From Lysobacterales bacterium (GTDB taxonomy: Bacteria; Pseudomonadota; Gammaproteobacteria; Xanthomonadales; SZUA-5), in contig JALHMH010000010.1 of the NCBI GenBank assembly GCA_022844165.1, positions 58,357-122,356 on the forward strand: DNA of 64,000 nucleotides. Reading direction: 5' to 3'. The notes under the pieces were generated by a model that saw nothing but the letters and a program-made list of their open reading frames with translations, searched no databases and had not been told where the DNA came from. Positions 1 to 8,773 of the stretch are shown here, piece after piece. Position 1 is the first letter of the stretch, and each line of letters begins with the position of its first letter. The position numbers and the translations under genes were made by a program.

Positions 1-1404
1 CTCGGTGAGCTGCGTGCCCAACTGGGCGCGACGCTACAAGAACGGCTGCATATGGCGTTACTGCAGGCCCCGTTCGCTACTTATCTGCGCGATGGGGCTG
101 CGCGTTGGCAGTTTGCCTTCGAGCAAGTGCCTTATGCCGTTGGCGCCTACCAGAGTTTTTGTTCGATGCAGGTCGGACTGATCCATGCGTTGATGTATTT
201 GACGGTGGCGTGCTGGTTGAGCCCGGCCTTCGGTCTTGCTGCCCTGATACTCGCGGCTGTGGTCTTTGTCGGTTTTCGGTGGCTGCATCGCCGTACACAC
301 GCGCAAGCTGAGGCGTTGATGAAAGCGCAAACACGCCTGACGGCATTGGCGCTGGAGTGGCTGCGTGGCATGCGCTACCTGCGCGCAACAGGGTCGGCCG
401 ATGTGATGAGCGAGGAGCGACGCGATGTTGTCCAGCAAGTAGCCGTCGGCGAGTCGCGCCTGGCGCAGTTGCTGGCTGTCGGCCATGCGTTGCGCGAACC
501 CGTTGTATTGCTTGGGTTGATGGTCTTGGTCGCGATTTTCCTGACGGCAGGCAAGACAACGCTCGCAACGGTACTGGTCGCACTGTTGCTGTTCTACCGT
601 GCTGCGAATGCGCTGCTCGGGGTACAACAGAGTTGGCATGGTGTGTTGGCTCAGGAGCCAGCGCTTGCTGCCATTGAGAGCCAATTCGCGCGGCCTGTGC
701 TCACGCGCAACGCGGCAAGCGTGCCGAGTCATTTCGAAGTGCATCTCAAGGGTGTGAGTTTTGCGCATCCCGGTGCGACGCCGCTGGTGAACGAAGCGAA
801 TTGGCGATTGCTCGCTGGCCGTTGGATTGGACTCTGCGGCGATTCCGGCGTCGGCAAATCCACACTATTCGACATCGTGTTGGGTTTGCAGCGACCGCAG
901 CAAGGCAGCGTCCTGGTGGGTGGCATGGAACTGGATCAGATCGATCTCGATGCGTGGCGCGCACACGTCGGCTTTGTGCCGCAGGAAGCGTGGATCAAGA
1001 GCGATACACTGGAGCGCAATATCGCGCTGCGACAAATCGGTAACGGTGCCGAACATGCCTCGCGCCTTGCGAGCGTGTGTCGTCGCGCCGATCTGGTTGG
1101 CACCATTGCTGCCCTCCCCGCGGGAATTGCGACGAAAGTCGGCGAGGGCGGAATCGAGTTGTCGGGCGGCGAACGTCAGCGGGTTGCATTGGCACGCGAG
1201 TTGTATCGGCAGCCCAGGCTGCTGATCCTCGACGAGGCCACCAGTGCGCTCGACGCAGAAAGCGAGGCGCGCTTGCTAGCTGCGTTGCGCGCCGAACAGG
1301 GTGATATGTGCGTGGTACATGCATCGCATCGGCAAAAGCCGTTACAAATGGCCGACGAAGTCTGGCGGCTGGTGGATGGACGTTTGATACGGGAAACGAA
1401 TTGA
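1..1404 (+). CDS. ABC exporter, fused permease/ATPase (5' partial, continues upstream of window)
   Basis: Frame 1 is open from nt 1, with no stop before the track start at 52. The N-part is hydrophobic and TM-rich. The NBD follows, with Walker A GDSGVGKST, ABC signature LSGGERQRVALAR and Walker B LLILDEATSALD. Confidence 0.85.
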   Translation, partial: LGELRAQLGATLQERLHMALLQAPFATYLRDGAARWQFAFEQVPYAVGAYQSFCSMQVGLIHALMYLTVACWLSPAFGLAALILAAVVFVGFRWLHRRTHAQAEALMKAQTRLTALALEWLRGMRYLRATGSADVMSEERRDVVQQVAVGESRLAQLLAVGHALREPVVLLGLMVLVAIFLTAGKTTLATVLVALLLFYRAANALLGVQQSWHGVLAQEPALAAIESQFARPVLTRNAASVPSHFEVHLKGVSFAHPGATPLVNEANWRLLAGRWIGLCGDSGVGKSTLFDIVLGLQRPQQGSVLVGGMELDQIDLDAWRAHVGFVPQEAWIKSDTLERNIALRQIGNGAEHASRLASVCRRADLVGTIAALPAGIATKVGEGGIELSGGERQRVALARELYRQPRLLILDEATSALDAESEARLLAALRAEQGDMCVVHASHRQKPLQMADEVWRLVDGRLIRETN

Positions 1405-2678
1405 TGAATCAGGTTGCGAAGGAAATCGTGGCGGTCATCGGCCTGGGGTACGTCGGCTTGCCGCTGGCGGTTGCGTTCGGCGCGCGGCGAGAGACGATCG
1501 GCTTCGACATCGATGCATACCGGATCGATGAGTTGGGACGTTGCATCGATCGCACCGGCGAGTGCACGGCAAGCGAATTGCGCGCTGCAACCGAACTCAC
1601 GCTGACATTCGACCCAAAAGAACTGCGCGCAGCAAGGGTGTACATCATCGCCGTTCCCACGCCAGTCAATCAGCACAAATGGCCGGACCTGACGCCGCTG
1701 ATCGGCGCCTCGAAAATCGTGGCCGCCGTGCTCAAGCGCGGCGATGTCGTGATCTTCGAATCGACCGTCTACCCGGGCGCAACCGAAGAGGTTTGCGTGC
1801 CGGTATTGGAGAAGCATTCGCGCCTCAAGTTTCGTAAGGACTTCGAGGTCGGCTACAGCCCCGAGCGTATCAATCCCGGTGACCGCACGCGGCGCCTGCC
1901 GGACATCGTCAAGGTCACTTCCGGATCGAGTCCGGAGGCGGCGGAGTTCGTCGATGCGCTGTACCGCGAAATCGTTCCCGCGGGTACGCACCTGGCGCCC
2001 AGTATTCGCGTCGCCGAGGCGGCGAAGGCCATCGAGAACACCCAGCGAGACGTCAATATTGCGCTGGTCAATGAGTTTGCGCAGCTGTTTTCACGCTTAG
2101 GCATAGACACCGAAGCTGTGCTTCGCGCCGCCGGAACGAAATGGAATTTCCTGAAGTTCTGGCCAGGTCTGGTCGGCGGCCATTGCATTGGAGTCGACCC
2201 CTATTACCTGGTGCACAAAGCGCAAGAGGTTGGCTTTCATCCGGAGTTGATCCTTGCAGCCCGGCGCATCAACGAGGGTATGAGTGCGCACGTGACCGGT
2301 GAGGTGCTGAAGCTGATGGCGCAGCGGCGGATCAACATCGTTGGATCGCGAATCCTGATCCTCGGGCTGACCTTCAAAGAGAACTGCGGTGATTTGCGCA
2401 ACACCCGCGTCGTCGAAATTGTCCACGCCTTAGAGAGCTACCACGCGATCGTCGATGTTCACGATCCGTGGGCAAATGGCAATGAAGCGCGCCATGAATA
2501 CGGCATCGAGTTAAGCGACGTGAAACCGGGCGCTTACGATCTGGTTCTCTTGACTGTGGCGCACCGCGAATTCGTCGCGCTTGGGGAGGCTGGAATTCGC
2601 CTTATGTTGAAGCCCGGAGGCATCGTTTTCGACGTCAAGTATGCGCTGCCGGCGGCCGTGACGGACGGTCGATTGTGA
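1404..2678 (+). CDS. Nucleotide-sugar 6-dehydrogenase, WbpO/TviB/CapL family (UDP-N-acetylhexosamine dehydrogenase type), 424 aa
   Basis: The ATG at 1404 overlaps the upstream stop (ATGA). N-terminal Rossmann motif IAVIGLGYVGLPLAVAF. Catalytic region FWPGLVGGHCIGVDPYYL is typical of the UDP-GlcNAc/GalNAc dehydrogenase branch. The track start at 1308 lies inside the upstream gene and is rejected. Confidence 0.85.
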   Translation: MNQVAKEIVAVIGLGYVGLPLAVAFGARRETIGFDIDAYRIDELGRCIDRTGECTASELRAATELTLTFDPKELRAARVYIIAVPTPVNQHKWPDLTPLIGASKIVAAVLKRGDVVIFESTVYPGATEEVCVPVLEKHSRLKFRKDFEVGYSPERINPGDRTRRLPDIVKVTSGSSPEAAEFVDALYREIVPAGTHLAPSIRVAEAAKAIENTQRDVNIALVNEFAQLFSRLGIDTEAVLRAAGTKWNFLKFWPGLVGGHCIGVDPYYLVHKAQEVGFHPELILAARRINEGMSAHVTGEVLKLMAQRRINIVGSRILILGLTFKENCGDLRNTRVVEIVHALESYHAIVDVHDPWANGNEARHEYGIELSDVKPGAYDLVLLTVAHREFVALGEAGIRLMLKPGGIVFDVKYALPAAVTDGRL

Positions 2679-3682
2679 GGGTGTTGGTCACCGGCGCGGC
2701 TGGATTTATCGGCTATCACGTGTGCGAAGCGTTGTTGGCGCGTGGCGATCAGGTCGTCGGCATTGACAATTTGAATGACTACTACGATGTGCGGCTCAAA
2801 CAGGCGCGCCTCGCGCGGCTGCGAGCGCATCCTGATTTTCTGGCAGCCATTGGCGATCTTGGCGATCGCGCATTTGTCGAAGAGCAGTTTCGCAAGCATC
2901 GGCCGCAACGGGTGGTCAATCTTGCTGCTCAGGCCGGTGTTCGCTACGCCGCAGAAAATCCCCATGTGTACGTGCAAACCAATATCGTTGGATTTCTGCA
3001 CATCATCGAGGGCTGTCGCCACTACGGCGTCGAGCACCTGGTGTATGCATCGTCCAGCTCGGTTTACGGCGCAAACACCGCCATGCCGTTCTCCGAGCAT
3101 CAATCGACGGAACACCCGCTGACCTTGTACGCGGCCACAAAAAAAGCCAATGAGATGATGGCGCACAGTTACGCCAATCTGTATGGCTTGCCGTGCACCG
3201 GCCTGCGCTTTTTTACGGTGTACGGTCCCTGGGGGCGCCCGGACATGGCGCTGTTCTTGTTCACCCGCGCGATCCTGGCCGGGGAACCGGTGAAGCTGTT
3301 CAACGGTGGTCGCCATCGCCGCAGCTTCACTTATATCGATGACATCGTAGCCGGTGTGGTGCGGACGCTCGATGCTGTACCTGCAGGCGCCGCGACATGG
3401 AGCGGCTCGCAGCCGGATCCGGCGACCAGCGCGGCGCCGTATCGCATCTTCAATATCGGCAGCACCGACTGTGTCGATCTGTCGCGTTACATCGAACTGA
3501 TCGAACGTTGCCTGGGTCGTCAAGCGCGGCGTGAGATGCTGCCCTTGCAGCCGGGCGATATTCCGGACAGTCATGCCGACTGCGCCGATCTGGCTGTTGA
3601 ACGTGGCTACGAGCCGCGCGTGACAGTGGAGCAGGGCGTGCCGCTGTTTGTCGAGTGGTATCGCGGCTACTATCGGTGCTGA
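2675..3682 (+). CDS. NAD-dependent epimerase, UDP-glucuronate/uronate 4-epimerase family (Cap1J/LpsL-like), 335 aa
   Basis: GTG start in a GTGA overlap. N-terminus VLVTGAAGFIGYHVCEALLARGDQVVGIDNLNDYYD. SSSSVYG and YAATKKANE (YxxxK) motifs. Paired with the dehydrogenase, as in uronic-acid pathways. Confidence 0.85.
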   Translation: MRVLVTGAAGFIGYHVCEALLARGDQVVGIDNLNDYYDVRLKQARLARLRAHPDFLAAIGDLGDRAFVEEQFRKHRPQRVVNLAAQAGVRYAAENPHVYVQTNIVGFLHIIEGCRHYGVEHLVYASSSSVYGANTAMPFSEHQSTEHPLTLYAATKKANEMMAHSYANLYGLPCTGLRFFTVYGPWGRPDMALFLFTRAILAGEPVKLFNGGRHRRSFTYIDDIVAGVVRTLDAVPAGAATWSGSQPDPATSAAPYRIFNIGSTDCVDLSRYIELIERCLGRQARREMLPLQPGDIPDSHADCADLAVERGYEPRVTVEQGVPLFVEWYRGYYRC

Positions 3683-3687
3683 GACGT

Positions 3688-3705
3688 CGGCGCCGCGAGG
3701 CGCCG
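3688..3705 (+). terminator. GC hairpin after the epimerase gene (possible terminator or operon punctuation)
   Basis: CGGCGCC-GCGA-GGCGCCG gives a 7-bp stem with a GNRA-type tetraloop, 6 nt after the stop. No U-tract follows, so intrinsic termination is uncertain. Confidence 0.3.
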
Positions 3706-3984
3706 CTATTGCACTGTCCGGCGAACACTGATCGGCGTCAGTCGTTCAGCTCTTCCCAGCGCTACCATTCTTCTTCGTCAGGCAGTCATTGCACATCGCT
3801 ACTATCGAATCTCGCCAATTTGCGACTGTGATGCCTCGCCAAAGACAAGAGACAAAGGTCCGTTACTTTGGTGGCTTCGAGCAAATCACGGTCGACGTTG
3901 AGCGTCGTACGCGCGGCGAGATCTTGACATCAGTGTGCATCAATGTACCGCAGCATCTGTCCGAGCTTTACGACCCTGGCTAGA

Positions 3985-4009
3985 TGATATATCTTTATGG
4001 TGTATATCA
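3985..4009 (+). promoter_or_regulatory. Candidate vapBC promoter/operator (AT-rich inverted repeat)
   Basis: TGATATA-N11-TATATCA inverted repeat. It contains the palindrome GATATATC and TATAT-type -10-like hexamers, and ends 14 nt before the vapB ATG. Type II antitoxins usually autoregulate through such repeats. Confidence 0.35.
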
Positions 4010-4022
4010 ACTGGACTCCGCG

Positions 4023-4256
4023 ATGGAAACAGCTCGAGTTTTCTGGTCAGGCCGTTCCCAGGCCATTCGCTTACCCAAAGAGTTTCGCGTCGACAGCGAC
4101 TCGGTGCGCATTCGTCGCCACGGAGCCAGCATCGTGTTGGAGCCAATCGCCCGAGACTGGGACTGGCTCGATGCGTTGTCCGGAGAATTGGATCAGGACT
4201 TCAAGACCGCGGCCCTTGCCCAGCCGTCCCCACAAGAGCGTCAAGACTTCTTTTGA
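4023..4256 (+). CDS. vapB: VapB antitoxin (AbrB/SpoVT-type), 77 aa
   Basis: METARVFWSGRSQAIRLPKEFRV matches the swapped-hairpin AbrB-like antitoxin N-terminus. The stop overlaps the vapC ATG (ATGA-type, 4254-4258). The track start at 3984 adds a non-conserved leader. Confidence 0.8.
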   Translation: METARVFWSGRSQAIRLPKEFRVDSDSVRIRRHGASIVLEPIARDWDWLDALSGELDQDFKTAALAQPSPQERQDFF

Positions 4257-4654
4257 TGCGCTACCTGCTCGATACCAACGCAGTCATCGCGCTGCTCAAC
4301 GACCCAGGAGGGCTCGTAGCTTTGCGCTTACGTCAACTTCAGCCGGCAGACGTTGGCCTCTCGGTCATCGTCATGCACGAACTCTACTTCGGCGCGTTCA
4401 AAAGCCAACGGCGTGAGCGCAATCTCGCCATCGTCGATGGCCTGCGCCTGGAAGCGATTCCTTTCGATCAGGAAGATGCGCGTCACGCGGGCGAGATCAG
4501 GGCAGAGTTGGCTGCCCTCGGCACACCGATTGGTGCCTATGACGTACTGATTGCCGGGCAGGCACGTTCCAGGTCCCTGACGCTGGTCACGCATAACGTT
4601 GGTGAATTCCAGCGCGTCACTCAACTTGCCATCGAAGATTGGAATGCACTGTAG
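4256..4654 (+). CDS. vapC: VapC PIN-domain ribonuclease toxin, 132 aa
   Basis: MRYLLDTNAVIALL carries the first PIN acidic residue. Later acidic residues are in MHELYFG, AYDVLIAG and THNVGEF. Only the C-terminal 132 aa of track ORF 3935..4654 is credible. Confidence 0.85.
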   Translation: MRYLLDTNAVIALLNDPGGLVALRLRQLQPADVGLSVIVMHELYFGAFKSQRRERNLAIVDGLRLEAIPFDQEDARHAGEIRAELAALGTPIGAYDVLIAGQARSRSLTLVTHNVGEFQRVTQLAIEDWNAL

Positions 4655-4868
4655 CGTCATCATCAGGTTGTAAGAGCGCGTGCATCGTGATCCATCGCAC
4701 GAACCGCAATGGCGCGACCATCGAAGCTGCATCCCAGTCCGGCAATTCAAAGTGTCTGGTCGCTATCTCTCGGTCGCGCCATGACGCGACGCTGTGGTGG
4801 CTCCCGGCAAAGTGCGAAACACGCGGTGCAAGCAGCAAAGGATTCTATGGCCATCCCAAAACGTAGCG

Positions 4869-5738
4869 ATGTCTAACCCAACCGAAAACCTGGGCGTCGA
4901 GAGCGAGTTCTTCGGCCATCGGCACGTGACACAAATCGATAGCCGGATGCGCACCCTGGCGACCGACTTACGCGAAGCGTGGGCGTACCGCGATCTCCTG
5001 GTCATGCTCATCCAGCGCGACATCACCGTGCGCTACAAGCAAAGCGTGGTTGGCATCGCCTGGGCGGTGATCCAGCCGCTGACGATGATGCTGATCTTCA
5101 CCGTCATCTTCGGTGGTTTTGCCAAGTTGCCGTCCGACGGCGTGCCCTATCCGCTTTTCGCGATGGCTGCACTCATGCCGTGGCTGTACTTCTCGCGCGC
5201 GCTCACAGGCAGCGGCGATAGTCTGGTCGGTTCAGCGCATCTGGTCAGCAAGGTCTATTTCCCACGCATCATTTTGCCGATCGGCAAAGCCGTCTCCAGC
5301 CTCGTCGATTTTGCGATCACCTTAGTGCTTGCGGCAGTACTGCTCGCCTGGTACGGCATCAATCCAGGCTGGAAGGTGCTGACATTGCCGCTGTTCGTAC
5401 TGATGGCGATGTTCACCGCGCTTGCGATCGGGTTCTGGCTGACGGCGCTGAATGTGCGCTACCGCGATGTCGGGCTGGTGACGCCCTTCATCATTCAGAT
5501 CTGGATGTATATCTCGCCGATCGCCTATTCCATGTCGATTGTGCCGGAGGCCTGGCGCTGGCTGTATGCGCTGAATCCGATCGTCGGTATCGTCGAGGGA
5601 TTCCGCTGGGCACTGTTTGGTCGGGCGCTGCCCGAACTCGAACCGATGTTGATTTCTTACGCGGTCGTAGCGTTGCTGTTTATCACGGGCCTGCGCTACT
5701 TCCGACGCGTCGAACAAACCATGGTCGACGTGGTATGA
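4869..5738 (+). CDS. wzm: Polysaccharide ABC-2 exporter permease (Wzm), 289 aa
   Basis: YRDLLVMLIQRDITVRYKQSVVGIAWAVIQP is the ABC-2 (Wzm/KpsM/TagG) hallmark. Six hydrophobic segments. ATGA overlap with wzt. Confidence 0.85.
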   Translation: MSNPTENLGVESEFFGHRHVTQIDSRMRTLATDLREAWAYRDLLVMLIQRDITVRYKQSVVGIAWAVIQPLTMMLIFTVIFGGFAKLPSDGVPYPLFAMAALMPWLYFSRALTGSGDSLVGSAHLVSKVYFPRIILPIGKAVSSLVDFAITLVLAAVLLAWYGINPGWKVLTLPLFVLMAMFTALAIGFWLTALNVRYRDVGLVTPFIIQIWMYISPIAYSMSIVPEAWRWLYALNPIVGIVEGFRWALFGRALPELEPMLISYAVVALLFITGLRYFRRVEQTMVDVV

Positions 5739-7003
5739 GCGATCTGGCGATTCGCATCGAGAATCTAGGCAAACGCTACGTCTTGGGCGAAACCCACGAA
5801 CAGACATTGAGCGCGCAGTTCGGCCGATGGCTGAAGGCACCATTCCGGCCTCGAACCGAGGCGCGTATCGCTCCAAGCGAGTTTTGGGCGCTCACGAATA
5901 TCTCGCTGGATATTGCGAAAGGCGAGGCTCTGGGGATTGTCGGCGGCAACGGAGCGGGAAAATCGACATTGCTCAAGATCCTGTCGCGCATCACGCCGCC
6001 GACCAAGGGGCGAGCGCAAGTACACGGTCGATTGTCGAGCCTGCTCGAAGTCGGAACCGGTTTCCATCCGGAGCTGACGGGGCGCGAGAACGTCTTTCTG
6101 AACGGTACGATCCTCGGCATGCGCAAGGCCGAGGTCGCGCGCAAGTTCGACGAAATCGTCGCGTTTTCCGGCGTCGAGAAGTTCATCGACACGCCGGTCA
6201 AACGGTATTCCTCCGGCATGTATGTGCGGCTCGCGTTCGCGGTCGCAGCGCACCTTGAGCCGGACGTGTTGATCATCGACGAGGTGCTCGCCGTCGGCGA
6301 TGCTGAGTTTCAGAAACGCTGCCTGGGCAAAATGAGCGACGTCGCGCAGCAAGGTCGAACTGTGATTTTCGTCAGCCATAACATGGCGGCCGTGCAAAAG
6401 CTCTGCTCGCGGGCTGTGTGGATGGACCATGGCGAGGTCCGGACTTCAGGCAATCCGGCCGATGTCATCGGTGCATATCTGGAGTCCACCGCGCATCCGG
6501 CCGAATCCGGCGCTGTGAAACCTGGCTACGCGTATTGGCGCGCGGCGGTTCCGACGCGCACCGAGGTCACAGCAGTGCGCTATCTCGACGCGCAACACAG
6601 GCCGATCGGTCAATCCGCCACGGGGGACTCGCTCGCAGTTGAGATCGAATACACGGCGGCGCAGCCGTACCGCAGTTTTTCGGTTGTGCTGCAAGTGGCA
6701 ACACTCGATGGTGTTCCGTTGATACTGACCTCGACAACGCCCGATCGCGATTTGGCCTTTGCCGCGGACGCGGGACGACATCGTATTCGTTGCGTATTCA
6801 ATACGATTCCTCTGGCGGCCGGCGAGTACCTGTTGGGCGTCGGGTTGGCGATTCCGAACGTAGAGTATGTCTGGCGCGAAGACGGGCTTTGCAGATTGCA
6901 CGTCGCCCTGCGTGATGTGTTCGGATCAGGTTTGCCTCCCACGTCGGCACGCTACTTGATAGCCACCAGCCACGATTGGCATGCGCCGACGCCAATGCAG
7001 TGA
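5735..7003 (+). CDS. wzt: Polysaccharide ABC exporter ATPase (Wzt) with a C-terminal glycan-binding-type extension, 422 aa
   Basis: Walker A GGNGAGKST, signature variant YSSGMYVRLAFA and Walker B VLIIDEVLAVGD. About 170 extra C-terminal residues (from about 6480) have a beta-rich pattern like the Wzt_C domain. Confidence 0.88.
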   Translation: MSDLAIRIENLGKRYVLGETHEQTLSAQFGRWLKAPFRPRTEARIAPSEFWALTNISLDIAKGEALGIVGGNGAGKSTLLKILSRITPPTKGRAQVHGRLSSLLEVGTGFHPELTGRENVFLNGTILGMRKAEVARKFDEIVAFSGVEKFIDTPVKRYSSGMYVRLAFAVAAHLEPDVLIIDEVLAVGDAEFQKRCLGKMSDVAQQGRTVIFVSHNMAAVQKLCSRAVWMDHGEVRTSGNPADVIGAYLESTAHPAESGAVKPGYAYWRAAVPTRTEVTAVRYLDAQHRPIGQSATGDSLAVEIEYTAAQPYRSFSVVLQVATLDGVPLILTSTTPDRDLAFAADAGRHRIRCVFNTIPLAAGEYLLGVGLAIPNVEYVWREDGLCRLHVALRDVFGSGLPPTSARYLIATSHDWHAPTPMQ

Positions 7004-7118
7004 TCGCCTTGACGCGAAGCCGAAACGCGCTAACGCGCAAGTTCGGGCCAGGACAGCTTGGCGCCGAGGGATCGAGCGGCGGCGGCAACATGCTATTTGC
7101 GCAAAATGTCGGCCTGCG

Positions 7119-8015
7119 ATGGCCGCTGTAACCTGTCGTCACTGCGGGAGCGATCAGCTCGAACGCGTCGACGCTGGCTGGTTGCAAGACGCGACCTTAC
7201 TTCGCTGCATGCGATGCGATCTGACGCAGCGCCTGCCGATTCCGGACGACGCTGCGCTCGCCGCCCTTTATGCGGAGACACCGTCCGAGGCGATGGCCTA
7301 TGTTTTTGCCGATCACCCAGCGTGGACGACCGCGCTCGACGTGATGCGTTCGCGCTTGGGCGGCGGCTCGATCCAGGTGCTCGATATTGGCTGTCACACT
7401 GGCGAGTTTCTGGCGGCCCTTCCGGCGGGTTGGCGGCGCTTTGGCATCGAAAGCGCTTCGGCGCCGATCGCGATTGCACAAGCCAAGGGTACGAACATCA
7501 TTGCCGACCGATTGCAAACGGTGAGCACCGAATGGTTCGGTCGATTCGATGCCGTGACCGCGTTCGACGTGCTCGAACATTTGCCAGATCCGGCGTTGGC
7601 GATTGCCAGTGCGGCGCGCCTGTTGAAACCCGGCGGCCTGTTCTTGCTAAGCACCGCCGACATCGATTGTTGGACGTTTCGCGCTCTGCGCGGGGCGCAT
7701 TGGTATTGGCAGACTCCGCAGCACATCAGCGCCGTTTCGCGGCGGTTCCTGGCACAAGTGGCCGAGGAGCAGGGATTGGTGGTTTCGCAGATCCACGCGA
7801 TCGCACACCGCAGCGCCTCGGCCGCGGTGCGTTTGCGCGAATCGCTGCAAGTTTCGTATTGGTTTTGCCGCTTGCGTGGTGGCGCCTGGCGCGCACCGCA
7901 GCGTTTGCTGCATTGGGTTCCGGCGCTGCAAACGATGCGCCACTCGCAAATGCCACCTTGGGCGATGACGCTCAAAGATCACTGCATCGCCGTGATGGAA
8001 TCGGGCGCACGATGA
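7119..8015 (+). CDS. Class I SAM-dependent methyltransferase with N-terminal Cys4 zinc-ribbon, 298 aa
   Basis: CRHCGS...CMRCDL zinc-ribbon. SAM motif I VLDIGCHTGEF. FDAVTAFDVLEHLPDP and LLKPGGLFLLS. The start is chosen at the first Met before the zinc-ribbon. The track start at 6981 overlaps wzt and encodes an Arg-rich leader. Confidence 0.72.
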   Translation: MAAVTCRHCGSDQLERVDAGWLQDATLLRCMRCDLTQRLPIPDDAALAALYAETPSEAMAYVFADHPAWTTALDVMRSRLGGGSIQVLDIGCHTGEFLAALPAGWRRFGIESASAPIAIAQAKGTNIIADRLQTVSTEWFGRFDAVTAFDVLEHLPDPALAIASAARLLKPGGLFLLSTADIDCWTFRALRGAHWYWQTPQHISAVSRRFLAQVAEEQGLVVSQIHAIAHRSASAAVRLRESLQVSYWFCRLRGGAWRAPQRLLHWVPALQTMRHSQMPPWAMTLKDHCIAVMESGAR

Positions 8016-8773
8016 GAGAAGTCTTACGCTCGCTGTTAAATGCACTTGGACTGGACATCCGCCTGACGCGTAACTTGCGCGCTGCTGCGCTTGCAGCGCG
8101 CAAAGACCAGGAGTTCCACGCCTGGTCGCTGTTGCAACACCGCCGGTTTGTCAGCGTGCTCGACATCGGCGCCAATGAGGGCCAGTTCGCTACCCTCGCG
8201 CGTCGTTTATGGCCGCAAGCGCAGATCCACTCCTTTGAACCATTGCCTAAGGTCCACGCGGTTTTGCAACAAACGCTCAACGGCCTCGGGAATGCGCACG
8301 CGCACGCGCTGGCCTTGAGCCATCGCGCCGGGAAAACGGTGATGCACGCGAGCGCGTTTTCGCCGAGCTCGTCGCTCTTGCCGATGGCCGATTTACACCG
8401 CAGCGAATGGCCACAATCGGTCGAGCAAACGGCGGTCGAAGTCACGATGGCACGGCTCGACGACTGGGCCCGTGCTCAGCAGATTGCCGCGGGCCCACAG
8501 CTGATCAAGATCGATGTGCAAGGTCATGAGAAAGCGGTGATTGACGGTGGCCAGCAAACGCTGCGCTGCGCCGATGTGGTGGCGCTGGAAGTGTCGTTCT
8601 ACGTGTTGTACGAAAAACAACCGCTGTTTGCCGAAATCTTCCGTGCGATGAGCGAGCTCGGTTTCGTTTATCGCGGAAACATAGAGCAGTTCCGCAGTAA
8701 GGATGGGCGTCGTGTCCTATATGCAGATGCAGTATTCGAAAACCTGGAGCGTGTGAGTGCGGACGAGCGATAA
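8012..8773 (+). CDS. FkbM-family methyltransferase, 253 aa
   Basis: ATGA overlap. [11 protein letters not shown] and [16 protein letters not shown] are FkbM signatures. Only the C-terminal third of track ORF 7058..8773 is credible. Confidence 0.8.
   Translation: MREVLRSLLNALGLDIRLTRNLRAAALAARKDQEFHAWSLLQHRRFVSVLDIGANEGQFATLARRLWPQAQIHSFEPLPKVHAVLQQTLNGLGNAHAHALALSHRAGKTVMHASAFSPSSSLLPMADLHRSEWPQSVEQTAVEVTMARLDDWARAQQIAAGPQLIKIDVQGHEKAVIDGGQQTLRCADVVALEVSFYVLYEKQPLFAEIFRAMSELGFVYRGNIEQFRSKDGRRVLYADAVFENLERVSADER

Noticed and set aside
2534-3574. 346-aa ORF on the - strand, antisense to the uronate epimerase gene. Similar long antisense ORFs occur at 1176-1991, 13079-14179, 23948-25072, 25405-26148, 29992-30780, 36305-37093, 39945-40763, 41517-42206 and 43503-44171.
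   Set aside because: All lie opposite genes with strong motif support and are rich in Arg/Ala/Gly/His/Gln. They have no recognisable motifs and no start context. Stop-poor antisense frames are expected in GC-rich DNA.
3789-3983. 64-aa ORF just upstream of vapB (TTG start) as a third component of the TA cassette
   Set aside because: It has no recognisable motif and a non-canonical start without a Shine-Dalgarno sequence. It lies in the AT-richer region that more plausibly holds the vapBC promoter. It cannot be excluded without homology search.
7058-8773. 571-aa + strand ORF taken as a single gene
   Set aside because: Its first roughly 318 residues overprint the zinc-ribbon methyltransferase in another frame and are Arg/Ala-rich. 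Only the segment from ATG 8012 (FkbM motifs) is credible. The same logic trims ORFs 25614-27383, 27747-28796, 29368-30714, 34774-36234, 36023-38350, 41133-42137 and 44108-45160 to their conserved cores.
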